A stretch of DNA of 64,000 nucleotides from an uncultured Clostridia bacterium (GTDB lineage Bacteria; Bacillota; Clostridia; Christensenellales; UBA1242), in assembly GCA_944380265.1 (NCBI GenBank), contig CALWGY010000002.1:3556-67555 (forward strand), read 5' to 3'. Numbering within the stretch: position 1 is the stretch's first letter; every line of letters begins with the position of its first letter. The notes under the pieces are model-generated. The model was not told the origin of the DNA, made no database searches, and saw nothing but the letters and a program-made list of their open reading frames with translations. Shown here one piece after another: positions 34,749-45,228 of the stretch. Made by a program: the position numbers and the translations under genes.

Positions 34749-35730
34749 GTGTTTGTGTGTTTCCTCGATAAATATCTTTAATAATATCTTCTAGTGGGGT
34801 GGAAGAAATTGTTATGTCTTGTAAGTCATCGGCATTAAAAAGTTTCATTAGTTCGTCCATTGATGTAATGTTCATGTCAACTTCAATTTTGTACATTGTG
34901 TCTTTTTGTTTTAAAACTTTAATTCCAACTTTTTTATCTAGTTTAACTTTTGTTTTCAAGTTTGCTTGAACAATTTTTTTGTTTAAATAATGATACTTTA
35001 AGTTCTTCATGGAATCATCTAAAACAATTTGACCATCGTTAATAATAATAACACGTTTGCAAAGTTCTTCAATGTCGCCAACATCGTGTGAAGTAAATAA
35101 AATGGTTGTTCCAAACTCTTTGTTAATTTTTTTAATAAGATTTCTAAGAGTTTCTTTTGCAATTGGGTCAAGCCCAATGGTTGGCTCATCAAAAAACAAC
35201 ATTTTTGGGTTGTGTATTAAACTGGCAACCATTTCGCATTTCATACGCTGACCAAGCGACAAACTTTTAACCGGCTGATTAATAAATTCTGTAATTTCAA
35301 AAACTTTTGCTAGTTCGTTAATTCTTTCGGTTAATTCCTTTTTTGGAATGTCATAAATCGAACCAAAAAACATAAAGTTATCATAAGCAGAAAGGTGCAC
35401 CCAAAGTTGCTCTTTTTGTCCAAAAACTGTTCCAATTTGATAAGAAAGTTTAACACGCTGTTTTGAAGGGTTAAACCCCAAAACATTAATTTCGCCACTG
35501 GTCGGATACAAAATGCCCGTAAGCATTTTTATTGTTGTGCTTTTGCCTGCGCCGTTCGGACCAATAAATGCCAAAATTTCGCCTTCTTCCACATCAAAAG
35601 AAATATTGTTAACAGCATGTTTTGTGTTAACTTCTTTTTTCTTAAACAAGTGCTTCCAAAATTCAGCACCCGAATATTTAACTTTTGTTTTAAAATCTTT
35701 GCACAAATTTTTAACTTCAATTGCTTTCAT
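34741..35730 (-). CDS. ABC transporter ATP-binding protein
   Basis: Walker A GPNGAGKST, signature LSLGQRM, Walker B MLFFDEPT. Confidence 0.9.
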   Translation of the reverse strand: MKAIEVKNLCKDFKTKVKYSGAEFWKHLFKKKEVNTKHAVNNISFDVEEGEILAFIGPNGAGKSTTIKMLTGILYPTSGEINVLGFNPSKQRVKLSYQIGTVFGQKEQLWVHLSAYDNFMFFGSIYDIPKKELTERINELAKVFEITEFINQPVKSLSLGQRMKCEMVASLIHNPKMLFFDEPTIGLDPIAKETLRNLIKKINKEFGTTILFTSHDVGDIEELCKRVIIINDGQIVLDDSMKNLKYHYLNKKIVQANLKTKVKLDKKVGIKVLKQKDTMYKIEVDMNITSMDELMKLFNADDLQDITISSTPLEDIIKDIYRGNTQTHD

Positions 35731-35966
35731 TATTTTTCCTTTGTAAAAAATTTTAAAAATTATAACACAACAAAAGCAAATTACAATAGTAAAATATAAA
35801 TAAAAAATTGATAAAACTAATAAAAAAAAGTTTAAAATTTAAAACAAAAAAGGTGTAAAAAATAAAAACCCATTTAAGTGGGTTTTTAAACTTTGTAATT
35901 TAAGGGGATTAAAATAAAAATTTTTGTTGATTAATTAAAATTTAAGTTAATTAAATTTTGTTTTTA

Positions 35967-36674
35967 TTAATTAAATTCAACTCTAACTTTTGCATTAATT
36001 GTAACGTTGTCAACAAGAGTGTCGGCAAATTGTGTGTCAACATAATCTTTGTAAAGTGTTCCACAACAATATGTGTTTTCTTCCATAATTTTAACAATTG
36101 TTAAATCGGTTTTGTTTAACAAATTTTGTGCTTTTTGTTTTGCGTTTTCAACTGCGGAGTTTAAAACTTTTTGATAACTTTCATTCTGTGAAGTAACTTC
36201 AAAAGTGATGTTGCAAATTTGAGCATTTTCGTTTTGTTCAATTAGTGTTATTAGTTTGTTTAAATTTTCGGTGTTGTTAAGTGTTACTTTAAAATTTAAA
36301 ACTGCACTTTCAAAAACTTGTCCAAAACGTGCGCAATTTGAATTTGTGTAAAAATTTGTAAGTTTAATGTTGTTTTTGTTTAGCCCAGCAGTTACCAAAC
36401 TTTGAACCACATTGTTATAGTTTTCAAAAGTTTGTTTTTTAACTGCATCGATAGAATTGCCAACATTTTCAATTTTAACATTAACATGTGCAGTGTCTGG
36501 TTTAACTTCAAGTTTTGCTTCGCCAAAAACGCAAACAGTTGTTTCATTTGTGTTCACTGCAACTTGCGCATAAACAGGAGTGCTAACCGTTATGGCACAA
36601 GATAGGCAGATTATCGCTAGTAACAACATAATGATTTTTGAATGTTTTTTCATGGCTTTCTCCTTTTTTAACAA
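35967..36674 (-). CDS. secreted SIMPL/DUF541-like protein
   Basis: Signal peptide, then LEVKPDTAHVNVKIENVG...AVKKQ, a pattern typical of DUF541. Confidence 0.5.
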   Translation of the reverse strand: MLKKEKAMKKHSKIIMLLLAIICLSCAITVSTPVYAQVAVNTNETTVCVFGEAKLEVKPDTAHVNVKIENVGNSIDAVKKQTFENYNNVVQSLVTAGLNKNNIKLTNFYTNSNCARFGQVFESAVLNFKVTLNNTENLNKLITLIEQNENAQICNITFEVTSQNESYQKVLNSAVENAKQKAQNLLNKTDLTIVKIMEENTYCCGTLYKDYVDTQFADTLVDNVTINAKVRVEFN

Positions 36675-36926
36675 TTTTACTATGTGCAGTTTTTTGGAAA
36701 ATATTTACAATTTTACATTTTTTTTAATATTTACAATTTTTAAATTTATTAGTTACTTATCAAATTGTGTGGAAAAACAAATTAACATAGTTTAATTTTG
36801 ATAGCGTTTTTATTTTCAAAATTAATTAATTGTGCTAAAATATTTTGTTGTGATATGGAAGTGAAAAATTTTTTGTATAAACAATTTTAATTCAAACACT
36901 TCTTAAAAAGGGAAAAAGGAAATTAG

Positions 36927-38381
36927 ATGGAAGAAAATAAAAAGTATGATGCAGTAATTGTTGGAATGGGACCTGCTGGAATTTTTTGTGCTTATGAACT
37001 TATTAAACTAAACAAACACAAAAACATTTTGTTAATTGATCAAGGCCGTTCAATTTATGAACGCAGTTGCCCAATGGCAAAAGCCGGCAAGTGCTTAAAA
37101 TGCAACCCATGTGCAATAACCAGTGGATTTTCAGGTGCGGGCGCATTTTCTGATGGAAAACTACTTTGCTATCATTTGTCCGATTATGACAACAACGGAC
37201 ATATGTATTTAAGCGGAAGTGGCGGAGATTACATAATGCAATTTTTATCGGAAGATGAAATGAAAGAGTTGCTAGATTACACCGACAAAATTTACTTAGA
37301 ATTTGGTGCCGATGAAAAACTTGAAGGCACAAAGTTTAAAAAAGAAATTAAAAGCATGCAACAAAAAGCGGTTAAGGAAAATTTGAAATTAATCGACATT
37401 CCAATTAGACATTTAGGAACAGAAAAAGCACATGCACTTTATGCAAAAGTTCAAGACTATTTAAAACAGCACAACGTTCAAATGATGTTTTTAACTTCGT
37501 GTGAAGACATTATTGTTGAAAACGATGAAGTTAAGGGTGTGGTTGTTAAGGACCAAATTTCTAACAAAACAACAACACTTTATTCAAACAATGTTGTTAT
37601 GGCAACAGGACGCAAAGGTGCTGGTTGGCTTAGCGACATTTGCAACAAACACGACATCAAAAAAGAAGTTGGCCCAGTTGACATTGGCATTAGATATGAA
37701 CTTCCAAACAGTGTTATGGAAAAGGTTAACAAATATATGTATGAAGGCAGATTTGTTGGCGAACCTGCACCATATTGCGACACAGTTAGAACTTTTTGTC
37801 AAAATCCTGGGGGTTTTGTGTCAGCAGAAGTGTATGATAACAACTTAACACTTTGCAACGGACACAGCTATAAAGACAAAAAAAGTGAAAACACAAACCT
37901 TGCAATTTTGGTTACACACCATTTCATTGAGCCATTTAACAAACCAATTGAATATGGCGTTAATGTTGCAGAAAACATGAACACATTAAGCAATGGAAAC
38001 ATTTTGGTTCAAAGATTGGGCGATATTTACAGGGGTAAAAGAACTTGGCCAGATGAACTAAAAAACAACAAAGTTAAACCAACCCTTTCAACTGCTGTTG
38101 CAGGAGATATAACATTTGCTTTGGGATATAGAACAATGACAAACATTTTGCAATTCATTAGAAGTGTTGACAAGGTGGTTGAAGGTTTTGCAAATCCTGA
38201 AAACTTGTTGTATGCACCAGAAATAAAATTTTATTCTAACCGCATTAAAGTTAACAACAACTTTGAATCTAGCATTAAAAATTTATATTCCATTGGTGAA
38301 TGTGGTGGGTTAACAACTGGGCTTTCAAAATCTAGTGCATCAGGTGTTAAAATGGCACGAATATTAAACAAAAAATTTTAA
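36927..38381 (+). CDS. FAD-dependent oxidoreductase (COG2509-like)
   Basis: N-terminal dinucleotide fold YDAVIVGMGPAGIFCAYEL. 484 aa. Confidence 0.7.
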   Translation: MEENKKYDAVIVGMGPAGIFCAYELIKLNKHKNILLIDQGRSIYERSCPMAKAGKCLKCNPCAITSGFSGAGAFSDGKLLCYHLSDYDNNGHMYLSGSGGDYIMQFLSEDEMKELLDYTDKIYLEFGADEKLEGTKFKKEIKSMQQKAVKENLKLIDIPIRHLGTEKAHALYAKVQDYLKQHNVQMMFLTSCEDIIVENDEVKGVVVKDQISNKTTTLYSNNVVMATGRKGAGWLSDICNKHDIKKEVGPVDIGIRYELPNSVMEKVNKYMYEGRFVGEPAPYCDTVRTFCQNPGGFVSAEVYDNNLTLCNGHSYKDKKSENTNLAILVTHHFIEPFNKPIEYGVNVAENMNTLSNGNILVQRLGDIYRGKRTWPDELKNNKVKPTLSTAVAGDITFALGYRTMTNILQFIRSVDKVVEGFANPENLLYAPEIKFYSNRIKVNNNFESSIKNLYSIGECGGLTTGLSKSSASGVKMARILNKKF

Positions 38382-38742
38382 AATGGGGCACTGCTCCATT
38401 TTTTTGTTTTAAATAAATTTTTATATTGTTATCATTCAAAATTTAATTTTTTGTTTCAAGTGATGTTTAATTTTTGCTATCATTTATAATATTGTTTTTT
38501 TTAAATTATAAATTTTCATTCAAAACCAAATATATTAAGTAAACTTTAAAACTTTCGACTTTTTCATAACACCCTTATTAAAAAATTAATTCAAAAAAGT
38601 AAAAAAAATTTAATTTTTAAATTATCAATCGTTTTGTTATTGGTTAGTTTAACCAACACAAATTTTAAGTGCCCATATTGAATTTGGGGTTAAATAGTGA
38701 TACAATTATATTAACAATAATTAATTTATTAAGGGGTTTTGT

Positions 38743-41175
38743 ATGGATCCAAAAAAACTAAGAAAAATAATAATTGAAACAATTGCACTTAGGAATTTGG
38801 CTGGCAACAGCATTGAATACATTGCTTTGCAAATTGAAAATGAATTAAAAAACCCTCAAATTCGCAGAAAACGAATTGAAAAAGAAATTAACAGCATGAT
38901 TGTTTCGGGGCAATTATCAAGAACAAAAAATGGTAAAAATTATGTTGTAACATTCAGTTCCGGCACGCAAATGGGAACACTTTTTGTTGTGGGCAAAAGC
39001 GAAGGAGGATACATAATTCCGTTTGGAACAAACAAACGTGTTCATGTTGACTATTCCATTTGTGGTGGATTTAATAATGGCGATGTTGTTAGTTTTGTGG
39101 AAAACAAAGCGGGCGATATTGTTATTAACGGTTTTGAAAAAGGCACTGGTTTAACAAATGCTGGTGTTCCAATTGAAGTTAACAAAGCCATAACTGGTGT
39201 TGTGCTAAAAAACGAAACTGGGCACTACGAGTTTTATCCGCACGATAAACAACGCTTTCCAAACCCAATTGTTGTTATTGGAAATTCAACAGGAAACAAC
39301 AATTTGGAAGGTTGTTTGGTTACAGGCGAACTTGGAAACTTCCCTGGTGGAGAAAGCGTAATTAAAATAACTGAAGTTTTGGGTAGGGTTGGCGACCCAC
39401 TTCCAGAAACAAATGCAATTGCGTTGTCGTGTGGCATAAGTTTAAAACCAAACGCAAAAATTGATGAAGAACTAAAATATATTCCAACAAAGGTTGACAC
39501 TGCAAACTATAATTTAATAGATGAAAACGGCAAAGTTGTTGTGGGTAAATACGACCCAACAAAAGAAGATTATGTTGATTTAAGAAACAAAATGTTCACC
39601 ACCATTGACCCCTTTGATTGTCGTGACATGGACGACTCGGTTTACACCGAACTTGATGAAGATGGAAATTTTGTTACATATTCCGCAATTGCCGATGTAA
39701 CTGAATACATAAAGCCGGGCAGTGAACTTTGGAACACAGCGCTAAAACAAGGTTTCACTTTGTACACTCCATACGATGCTTATCCAATGCTTCCAAAAGT
39801 TTTGTCACACGGAATTTTATCGTTAAACCCAAATGAAGATAGGTTAACACTTTGTTGCAAAACTGTAATTGATAAAAACACAGGAAAAAGAATTCCTGAA
39901 AAAACAAAAATTATGCATGCAGTAATAAATTCAAAACGCAAGTTCAGTTACAACGAAGTGCAAAAAATTTGTGATGAAAACAATATTAGTGATGTTATGG
40001 CAAGCATTAGTGCCAAAATTAAGGCAGGTGAAAATGTTGAACCACAAAATTTGCTTGAATGTGTTGTTTTAAACAAACTTTGTTCCGATGCGGTTTGGAA
40101 ACACTTTAAAAGCAGAGATGTGTTGCATATTAACAGAAACGATGAAAAACAGTTTGTGTTAAGTGAAGATGGAAAACGTGTTTTGGACATCACTCCAAAA
40201 GAACACTTAAAAAGCATGGAACTAATTGAAGCATTAATGATTAACACCAACGAAGCAATTGCAGAATTTACGCGTGATAACAAACTAAATTCTGTATATC
40301 GTGTGCATGACCAACCAAACACAGAAAAAGTTGAAAGATTGGCGGAAATGATGAAAATTTTGGGTGTTGAGTTTGCTGGCAACGGAAGTAACTCCAACTT
40401 GCAAGCATTAATTGATAAAATCGAAGGCACCCCAATTTCCGATGCTGTTAAGGAATTTGTTTTAAGAACACAATCAAAAGCAAAATATTCCAACAAACCA
40501 TATCCAACCGACAAATTTGGAAATGATAAAACTGAATGTGAATGCCACAGTGCATTAAAAAGTGAATGCTACACACATTTCACATCTGGAATTAGAAGAA
40601 TGTCCGATTTAATTGTTCAATATGCAATTAAGGAACAATTAAGACATCACAAACAACCATTCAGCGAAGAATATGTTGCACAGGTTGCTGCATTAATAAG
40701 CAGTTTGGAAATTAAAATTGAAGAAGCTGAAAGAAAAGTTAATGACATGTATGTTGCAATTTGGGCAGAAGAACACATAAATGAAGTTTTAAAAGGCAAA
40801 GTTGTTGGATTTAATGGAACAAATGTTGTTCTAGAAAATGAAGAAAAAGGCATTAGAGTTTTTGTTCCAATAACAGATTTTTGTAAAAATGGAAGAACCG
40901 ATGATTTTGGTTTGGCACTATATGATGAAAAAGGCGAAATTGTTACAAATTTGTATGACAAACGCGATTTCAAAATTTCAGGAGCCGACAGGGTTGGCAG
41001 AGCAGTTTATGCTAGCCTTGACCTAACTAAAACTTACAAAAACGAATATGCACAAGATGAACAACAAGGCAAAAATGGCAATGCAAACAGCTTAGTTGAG
41101 CAAATTAGAGCAAACAAACATGGTCAAAAATCACAAGCAACAGCACAAAATCATGGACAAGGAAGGTCCAAATAA
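38743..41175 (+). CDS. rnr: RNB-family 3'-5' exoribonuclease (RNase R-like)
   Basis: RNB motif FTIDPFDCRDMDDSV and SGIRRMSDLIVQ. S1-like C-terminus and a basic tail. Confidence 0.8.
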   Translation: MDPKKLRKIIIETIALRNLAGNSIEYIALQIENELKNPQIRRKRIEKEINSMIVSGQLSRTKNGKNYVVTFSSGTQMGTLFVVGKSEGGYIIPFGTNKRVHVDYSICGGFNNGDVVSFVENKAGDIVINGFEKGTGLTNAGVPIEVNKAITGVVLKNETGHYEFYPHDKQRFPNPIVVIGNSTGNNNLEGCLVTGELGNFPGGESVIKITEVLGRVGDPLPETNAIALSCGISLKPNAKIDEELKYIPTKVDTANYNLIDENGKVVVGKYDPTKEDYVDLRNKMFTTIDPFDCRDMDDSVYTELDEDGNFVTYSAIADVTEYIKPGSELWNTALKQGFTLYTPYDAYPMLPKVLSHGILSLNPNEDRLTLCCKTVIDKNTGKRIPEKTKIMHAVINSKRKFSYNEVQKICDENNISDVMASISAKIKAGENVEPQNLLECVVLNKLCSDAVWKHFKSRDVLHINRNDEKQFVLSEDGKRVLDITPKEHLKSMELIEALMINTNEAIAEFTRDNKLNSVYRVHDQPNTEKVERLAEMMKILGVEFAGNGSNSNLQALIDKIEGTPISDAVKEFVLRTQSKAKYSNKPYPTDKFGNDKTECECHSALKSECYTHFTSGIRRMSDLIVQYAIKEQLRHHKQPFSEEYVAQVAALISSLEIKIEEAERKVNDMYVAIWAEEHINEVLKGKVVGFNGTNVVLENEEKGIRVFVPITDFCKNGRTDDFGLALYDEKGEIVTNLYDKRDFKISGADRVGRAVYASLDLTKTYKNEYAQDEQQGKNGNANSLVEQIRANKHGQKSQATAQNHGQGRSK

Positions 41176-41429
41176 AGTTATAAAAGTTTTAAGTAGTCGT
41201 TAAAAAACTAAAACACTTCTTAATATGATAAAAATTAACTAAAACACTTCTAAACATAAAAATAAATAAAATGATATACAAAAATACATTTACTATATAT
41301 AAAATATAACTACTCCAAAAATTCCCAAACATAACCAGTTTGGGAATTTTTGTTAAATAAAAATTGTAAATTAATAGTCTAAATTCCGCCTTTTTACAAA
41401 AACTAATTTAAAACAAAAAGGAGGAAAGT

Positions 41430-42164
41430 ATGAAAAAAGGTTTAAGTTTTTCGCTTTTAGGAGTGTTAACAACTTGTGTTATGGCACTTGCAGGCTGTGG
41501 TGGCGGAGAAAAAACAATTTACGAAAATAATTTTGAAAATGGCAACAATGGTGCATTCACAAGCCTTTATGGCTCATTTACAGAAAATGATAACACAATA
41601 ACACTGCTTAAAGATGACAGCAATGTTGGACCAAACACATATTTTGGAAGTGAAACCAAAAACATCGATTGGCAAGGCAAAAACATGCTTGTTTCCATAA
41701 AAATTAACATTGAAAACGAAAAGTTTGCAACAAACGAAGGTTTTAACTGGGCAGTTGCATTAAATGGCGAAGATGGAAATTTTATTAACGAGCGGTATTT
41801 GTATTTTAGAAAATATGACGATGGCGTTAAAGTTGGCTACACTGAAAATGGTTCAAGTGATGAAATTAACCAGGAAGCAACTTCAAACGATAAAGCAAAA
41901 CTTTTAAACGATGGTTGGTATGAAATTATTTTCGATTTTCACGAAAACGATGAAAATTTGGCAAAAGTAACCATAAAAGTTATGCAAAACGGAAGCGAAG
42001 TGTTTAAGGAAACTGATGCAATTTTAGTAAATTACAATAGTGAAACTGAAAGTTATGAAGACTTAAAAATGGAAGATGTTAAGGGCATAAGATATGGCTG
42101 GTTCCCATTTATGAGTGTTCCAAGTTTGGAAGTTGATGACTTAAAAGTTACTTATGTTGAATAA
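41430..42164 (+). CDS. lipoprotein, function unknown
   Basis: Signal peptide with the lipobox LAGC. Confidence 0.7.
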   Translation: MKKGLSFSLLGVLTTCVMALAGCGGGEKTIYENNFENGNNGAFTSLYGSFTENDNTITLLKDDSNVGPNTYFGSETKNIDWQGKNMLVSIKINIENEKFATNEGFNWAVALNGEDGNFINERYLYFRKYDDGVKVGYTENGSSDEINQEATSNDKAKLLNDGWYEIIFDFHENDENLAKVTIKVMQNGSEVFKETDAILVNYNSETESYEDLKMEDVKGIRYGWFPFMSVPSLEVDDLKVTYVE

Positions 42165-42360
42165 ACAAAAAACCACCAAAAGGTGGTTTTTTGTTTGATT
42201 TATTGTTTAACGAATTTTTTTACTTTTGATTAAACTCATTTTTTCAACTTTTTTATTAAACATAATTTGCATTTTTTTTAGCACAACTGTTTAATTTAGT
42301 TTAAAAATTTTTTCTTTTTTATTAATGTTTTTATTATTAATACCTTTGCTTTATTTAAAC

Positions 42361-43209
42361 TTATTCAACATTGTTAAAATACAAAATTCCCAAAGTGTTT
42401 TCTCCACAATGGCTAGTAACTGTTGCACCAGCAGTGGTAATGTAAACATTTTCAAAATTAGCAAATTCTTTTAGGGTTGATTTTGCTGCTTCAACCATGT
42501 CTTCGGTTGCACTGGAATAGGTTATAAAACAAATGGACTTATCATATGTGTTAAATTCGTTTAAAGTGTCTTTAATATAGTCTTTAACAACATCTTTCAT
42601 TTTTCCACGATATTTTTTATGAACGTCCATTTTTCCATCTTTAACAATTATTGATGGTCTAATTTTTAAAAGGTTCGCTCCCAACAATTGAAGGGCAGAG
42701 CATCTGCCACCTTTATATAAATAATCCAATCTTTCAACAACAAAACTTGCTTGAACAAATTGTTTTCTTGCTTCAACTTTTTTAACAATGTTTTCGGGTT
42801 TTTCGCCTTTATCTCTTAATTTGCAAGCATACAAAACTTGAAGCCCAACACCTGTTGAAAGGTTTCTTGAATCAATAACATAAACATTTTTTAATGTGCT
42901 TGCTGCTTTTTTTGCATTGTTAAAGCATGAACTCATGTCGCTTGAAATGGTGAAATGAATTAATGCATCAACACCATCCAAATGCTCTTTAAAAAATTCA
43001 GCATACTGAAATTCGTTTATGGCGCTTGTTTTTGGAAGTTGTTTGTTTTTTGCAACATAATCAAAAATTTTTTGTGAATTAATGTTAACACCATCTGAAA
43101 ATGTTTCATCGCCCAAAATGATGGAAATTGGTAAAATGCTAATGTTGTTTTGTTTAATTAGTTCTTGTGACAAATCACAAACGCTGTCACATGTAATTGC
43201 AATTTTCAT
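42361..43209 (-). CDS. DegV family fatty-acid-binding protein
   Basis: MKIAITCDSVCDL.., TSAINEFQY, and full-length family resemblance. Confidence 0.85.
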   Translation of the reverse strand: MKIAITCDSVCDLSQELIKQNNISILPISIILGDETFSDGVNINSQKIFDYVAKNKQLPKTSAINEFQYAEFFKEHLDGVDALIHFTISSDMSSCFNNAKKAASTLKNVYVIDSRNLSTGVGLQVLYACKLRDKGEKPENIVKKVEARKQFVQASFVVERLDYLYKGGRCSALQLLGANLLKIRPSIIVKDGKMDVHKKYRGKMKDVVKDYIKDTLNEFNTYDKSICFITYSSATEDMVEAAKSTLKEFANFENVYITTAGATVTSHCGENTLGILYFNNVE

Positions 43210-43394
43210 AAATATTTTCCTTATTTATTAATTTTTTTTAAATTGTTTAGTTATTTTAAGTTTATTCAAAAATTATGTGTTTTAATAACTATTTTAACCT
43301 AATTTGAGTATATAAATTATGTTTAGTTTAGTCAAATGTTTTTAAAAACACTTTTTGTTTGATTAATTTAAACTTATTTAGTAAAATATGGGTT

Positions 43395-44147
43395 ATGGAA
43401 GAAAATTTGCACAAAGGTCACCGAGAACGACTTAGAGAAATGGCATACAACACAAATTTTAAAAATTTGGAGCAACATCAGTTGCTAGAATTGTTGCTTT
43501 CCTATGTTATTCCCAGAAAAGACACAAATCCTATTGCACACAGATTAATAAAAACATTTGGAAGTTTTAGTGGTGTTTTAGATGCTAAACGTGAAGACCT
43601 TGAAAAGGTTGATGGCATTGGAGCAAAAACAGCAAACTTTTTGGTTAGCATAAAACACTTTTTCTATGCATACAACAGCACAAAAGAAAACAAAAATGCA
43701 GTTATTTTAAACACGGCGGATGCAGTTAATTTTTTAAAACCATATGTTCAGTTTAAAAGTGTTGAAGAATTTTATGTTGTTTGCATTGATAATTCAAACA
43801 AAGTTAAACTTTGCGAATTTGTTAGCAGTGGTGTGGTTAACAAAACAAATGTGGATATTAGAAAAATTATGGAAATTGTGTTTAAAAGTAACACATCAAA
43901 TGTTATTATTTGCCACAACCACCCAAGCGGAAATGCAACTCCAAGTTATTCCGATAACAAACTTACAAAAGCAGTTTTAACCACTTTAACATTAAACGGC
44001 ATAACAATGCTTGACCACATAATAATTAGCGATAACGATTATTACAGTTTTAACAAATCTGGATTAATTTCAAAATACTTATCAGAAGTTAAGGCTCTTT
44101 TAAGTTCCCCAATTGCAATGCAAAAACCTTGCAAATATAATAATTAA
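43395..44147 (+). CDS. radC: RadC-like JAB/MPN domain protein
   Basis: HRERLRE N-terminus, HhH (GIGAKTA), JAMM motif HNHPSG. Confidence 0.85.
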   Translation: MEENLHKGHRERLREMAYNTNFKNLEQHQLLELLLSYVIPRKDTNPIAHRLIKTFGSFSGVLDAKREDLEKVDGIGAKTANFLVSIKHFFYAYNSTKENKNAVILNTADAVNFLKPYVQFKSVEEFYVVCIDNSNKVKLCEFVSSGVVNKTNVDIRKIMEIVFKSNTSNVIICHNHPSGNATPSYSDNKLTKAVLTTLTLNGITMLDHIIISDNDYYSFNKSGLISKYLSEVKALLSSPIAMQKPCKYNN

Positions 44148-44411
44148 TTGTGTTTTAAATTTGAAAAACGAAACATTAAAAAGAACAAAAAATTCTAAAA
44201 GTTAAAACATTAAATACACAAAACATTAAAAAACTAAACTTTAAAGAAATAAAAAGTTTAAGGAATTAACCTTAAACTTTTGTTTTTTTTTAATTTTATG
44301 ATTTTTAATGTTTTTTTTAACTGCTTAACTTGTATTAATTTTCAAGTTTTAATTTATTAAAATGTTTTAAACCGTTAAAGACTAATAATGTTAATAAAAG
44401 TTTAATAAAAC

Positions 44412-45059
44412 TTATCCAACTTGTTCAAAAAATGTTGCGTCGTGGCCACACCATGGGCAAACAAAATCGGCTGGTAAATTTTCGCCTTCATAAACATATC
44501 CGCAAATTGTGCAAACAAATTTCTTTTTTGCTGCTGGAACTGCTTTTGGTTTAACATTTTGTTGATAGTAGTTGTATGAAATTGTGGTTTCGGTGTTAAG
44601 TGAAACAGCCTCGGTAACTTTGCAAACAAACAAAATGTGTGTTCCAAGGTCGTTTGTTTCGGTTACTTCCAAACTTATGTAACTGTTTGCATAACTGTTT
44701 AAAACTGCCAAACCATTTTCCGATATTGATGCATTTTTGCCATCAAATGTAATGTTTTCAAACTTGTTTGTGTCTTTGCCACTTTTAAAACCAAATTGTT
44801 GAAAAACTGAAAATGGAGTTTTTTCGGTTAGTGGGCAAATGTTAAGTTTTTTTGTTTTTAAAATTGTTTGGCAACCATAACCATTTTTGTTAAGTATAAC
44901 AACAAGTTGTTGTGGGTCGCTTGTGGCTTGCATAACGCTGTTGCAAATTGTTCCGTTGTGTTTGTTGCCATCAAAACAAGTTGCCAAATATAATCCATAA
45001 CCCAAATTAAACATAACTTTGTTGTTAATTTTGTTTTCGTTTCCCATTGTTTTTTCCAC
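44412..45059 (-). CDS. flavin reductase domain fused to rubredoxin (high-molecular-weight rubredoxin)
   Basis: The C-terminal CTICGYVYEG...FVCPWCG gives two rubredoxin CxxC pairs. The N-terminal part is flavin-reductase-like. Confidence 0.75.
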   Translation of the reverse strand: MEKTMGNENKINNKVMFNLGYGLYLATCFDGNKHNGTICNSVMQATSDPQQLVVILNKNGYGCQTILKTKKLNICPLTEKTPFSVFQQFGFKSGKDTNKFENITFDGKNASISENGLAVLNSYANSYISLEVTETNDLGTHILFVCKVTEAVSLNTETTISYNYYQQNVKPKAVPAAKKKFVCTICGYVYEGENLPADFVCPWCGHDATFFEQVG

Positions 45060-45185
45060 CTTTTATTTTGTAATTTTGTTTTATCAAATAACAAAAAAAT
45101 AGTCAAATGTTAATAATATTTAACGACCCAATTTAATTATTATTTAAAAATTAAAACATCATGTTACTAAAAAACAAAAAAAATA

Positions 45186-45222
45186 CAAAAAAAACAGACA
45201 GAGCATTAATTAATGCTCTGTC
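45186..45222 (-). terminator. intrinsic terminator of aspS
   Basis: Stem gacagagcatt / aatgctctgtc, followed on the - strand by a T-run. Confidence 0.7.
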
Positions 45223-45228
45223 CAAACT

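Noticed and set aside
39948-40514. Long antisense or shadow ORFs inside housekeeping genes. Examples: 188 aa in rnr, 138 aa at 32348..32764 in folD, 180 aa at 52861..53403 in the ABC genes, and 24408..24929 in the DedA-like gene.
   Set aside because: Each lies wholly within, and opposite to or out of frame with, a gene that has clear family motifs. Their compositions are the Ser/Leu/Phe-rich pattern of non-coding frames.
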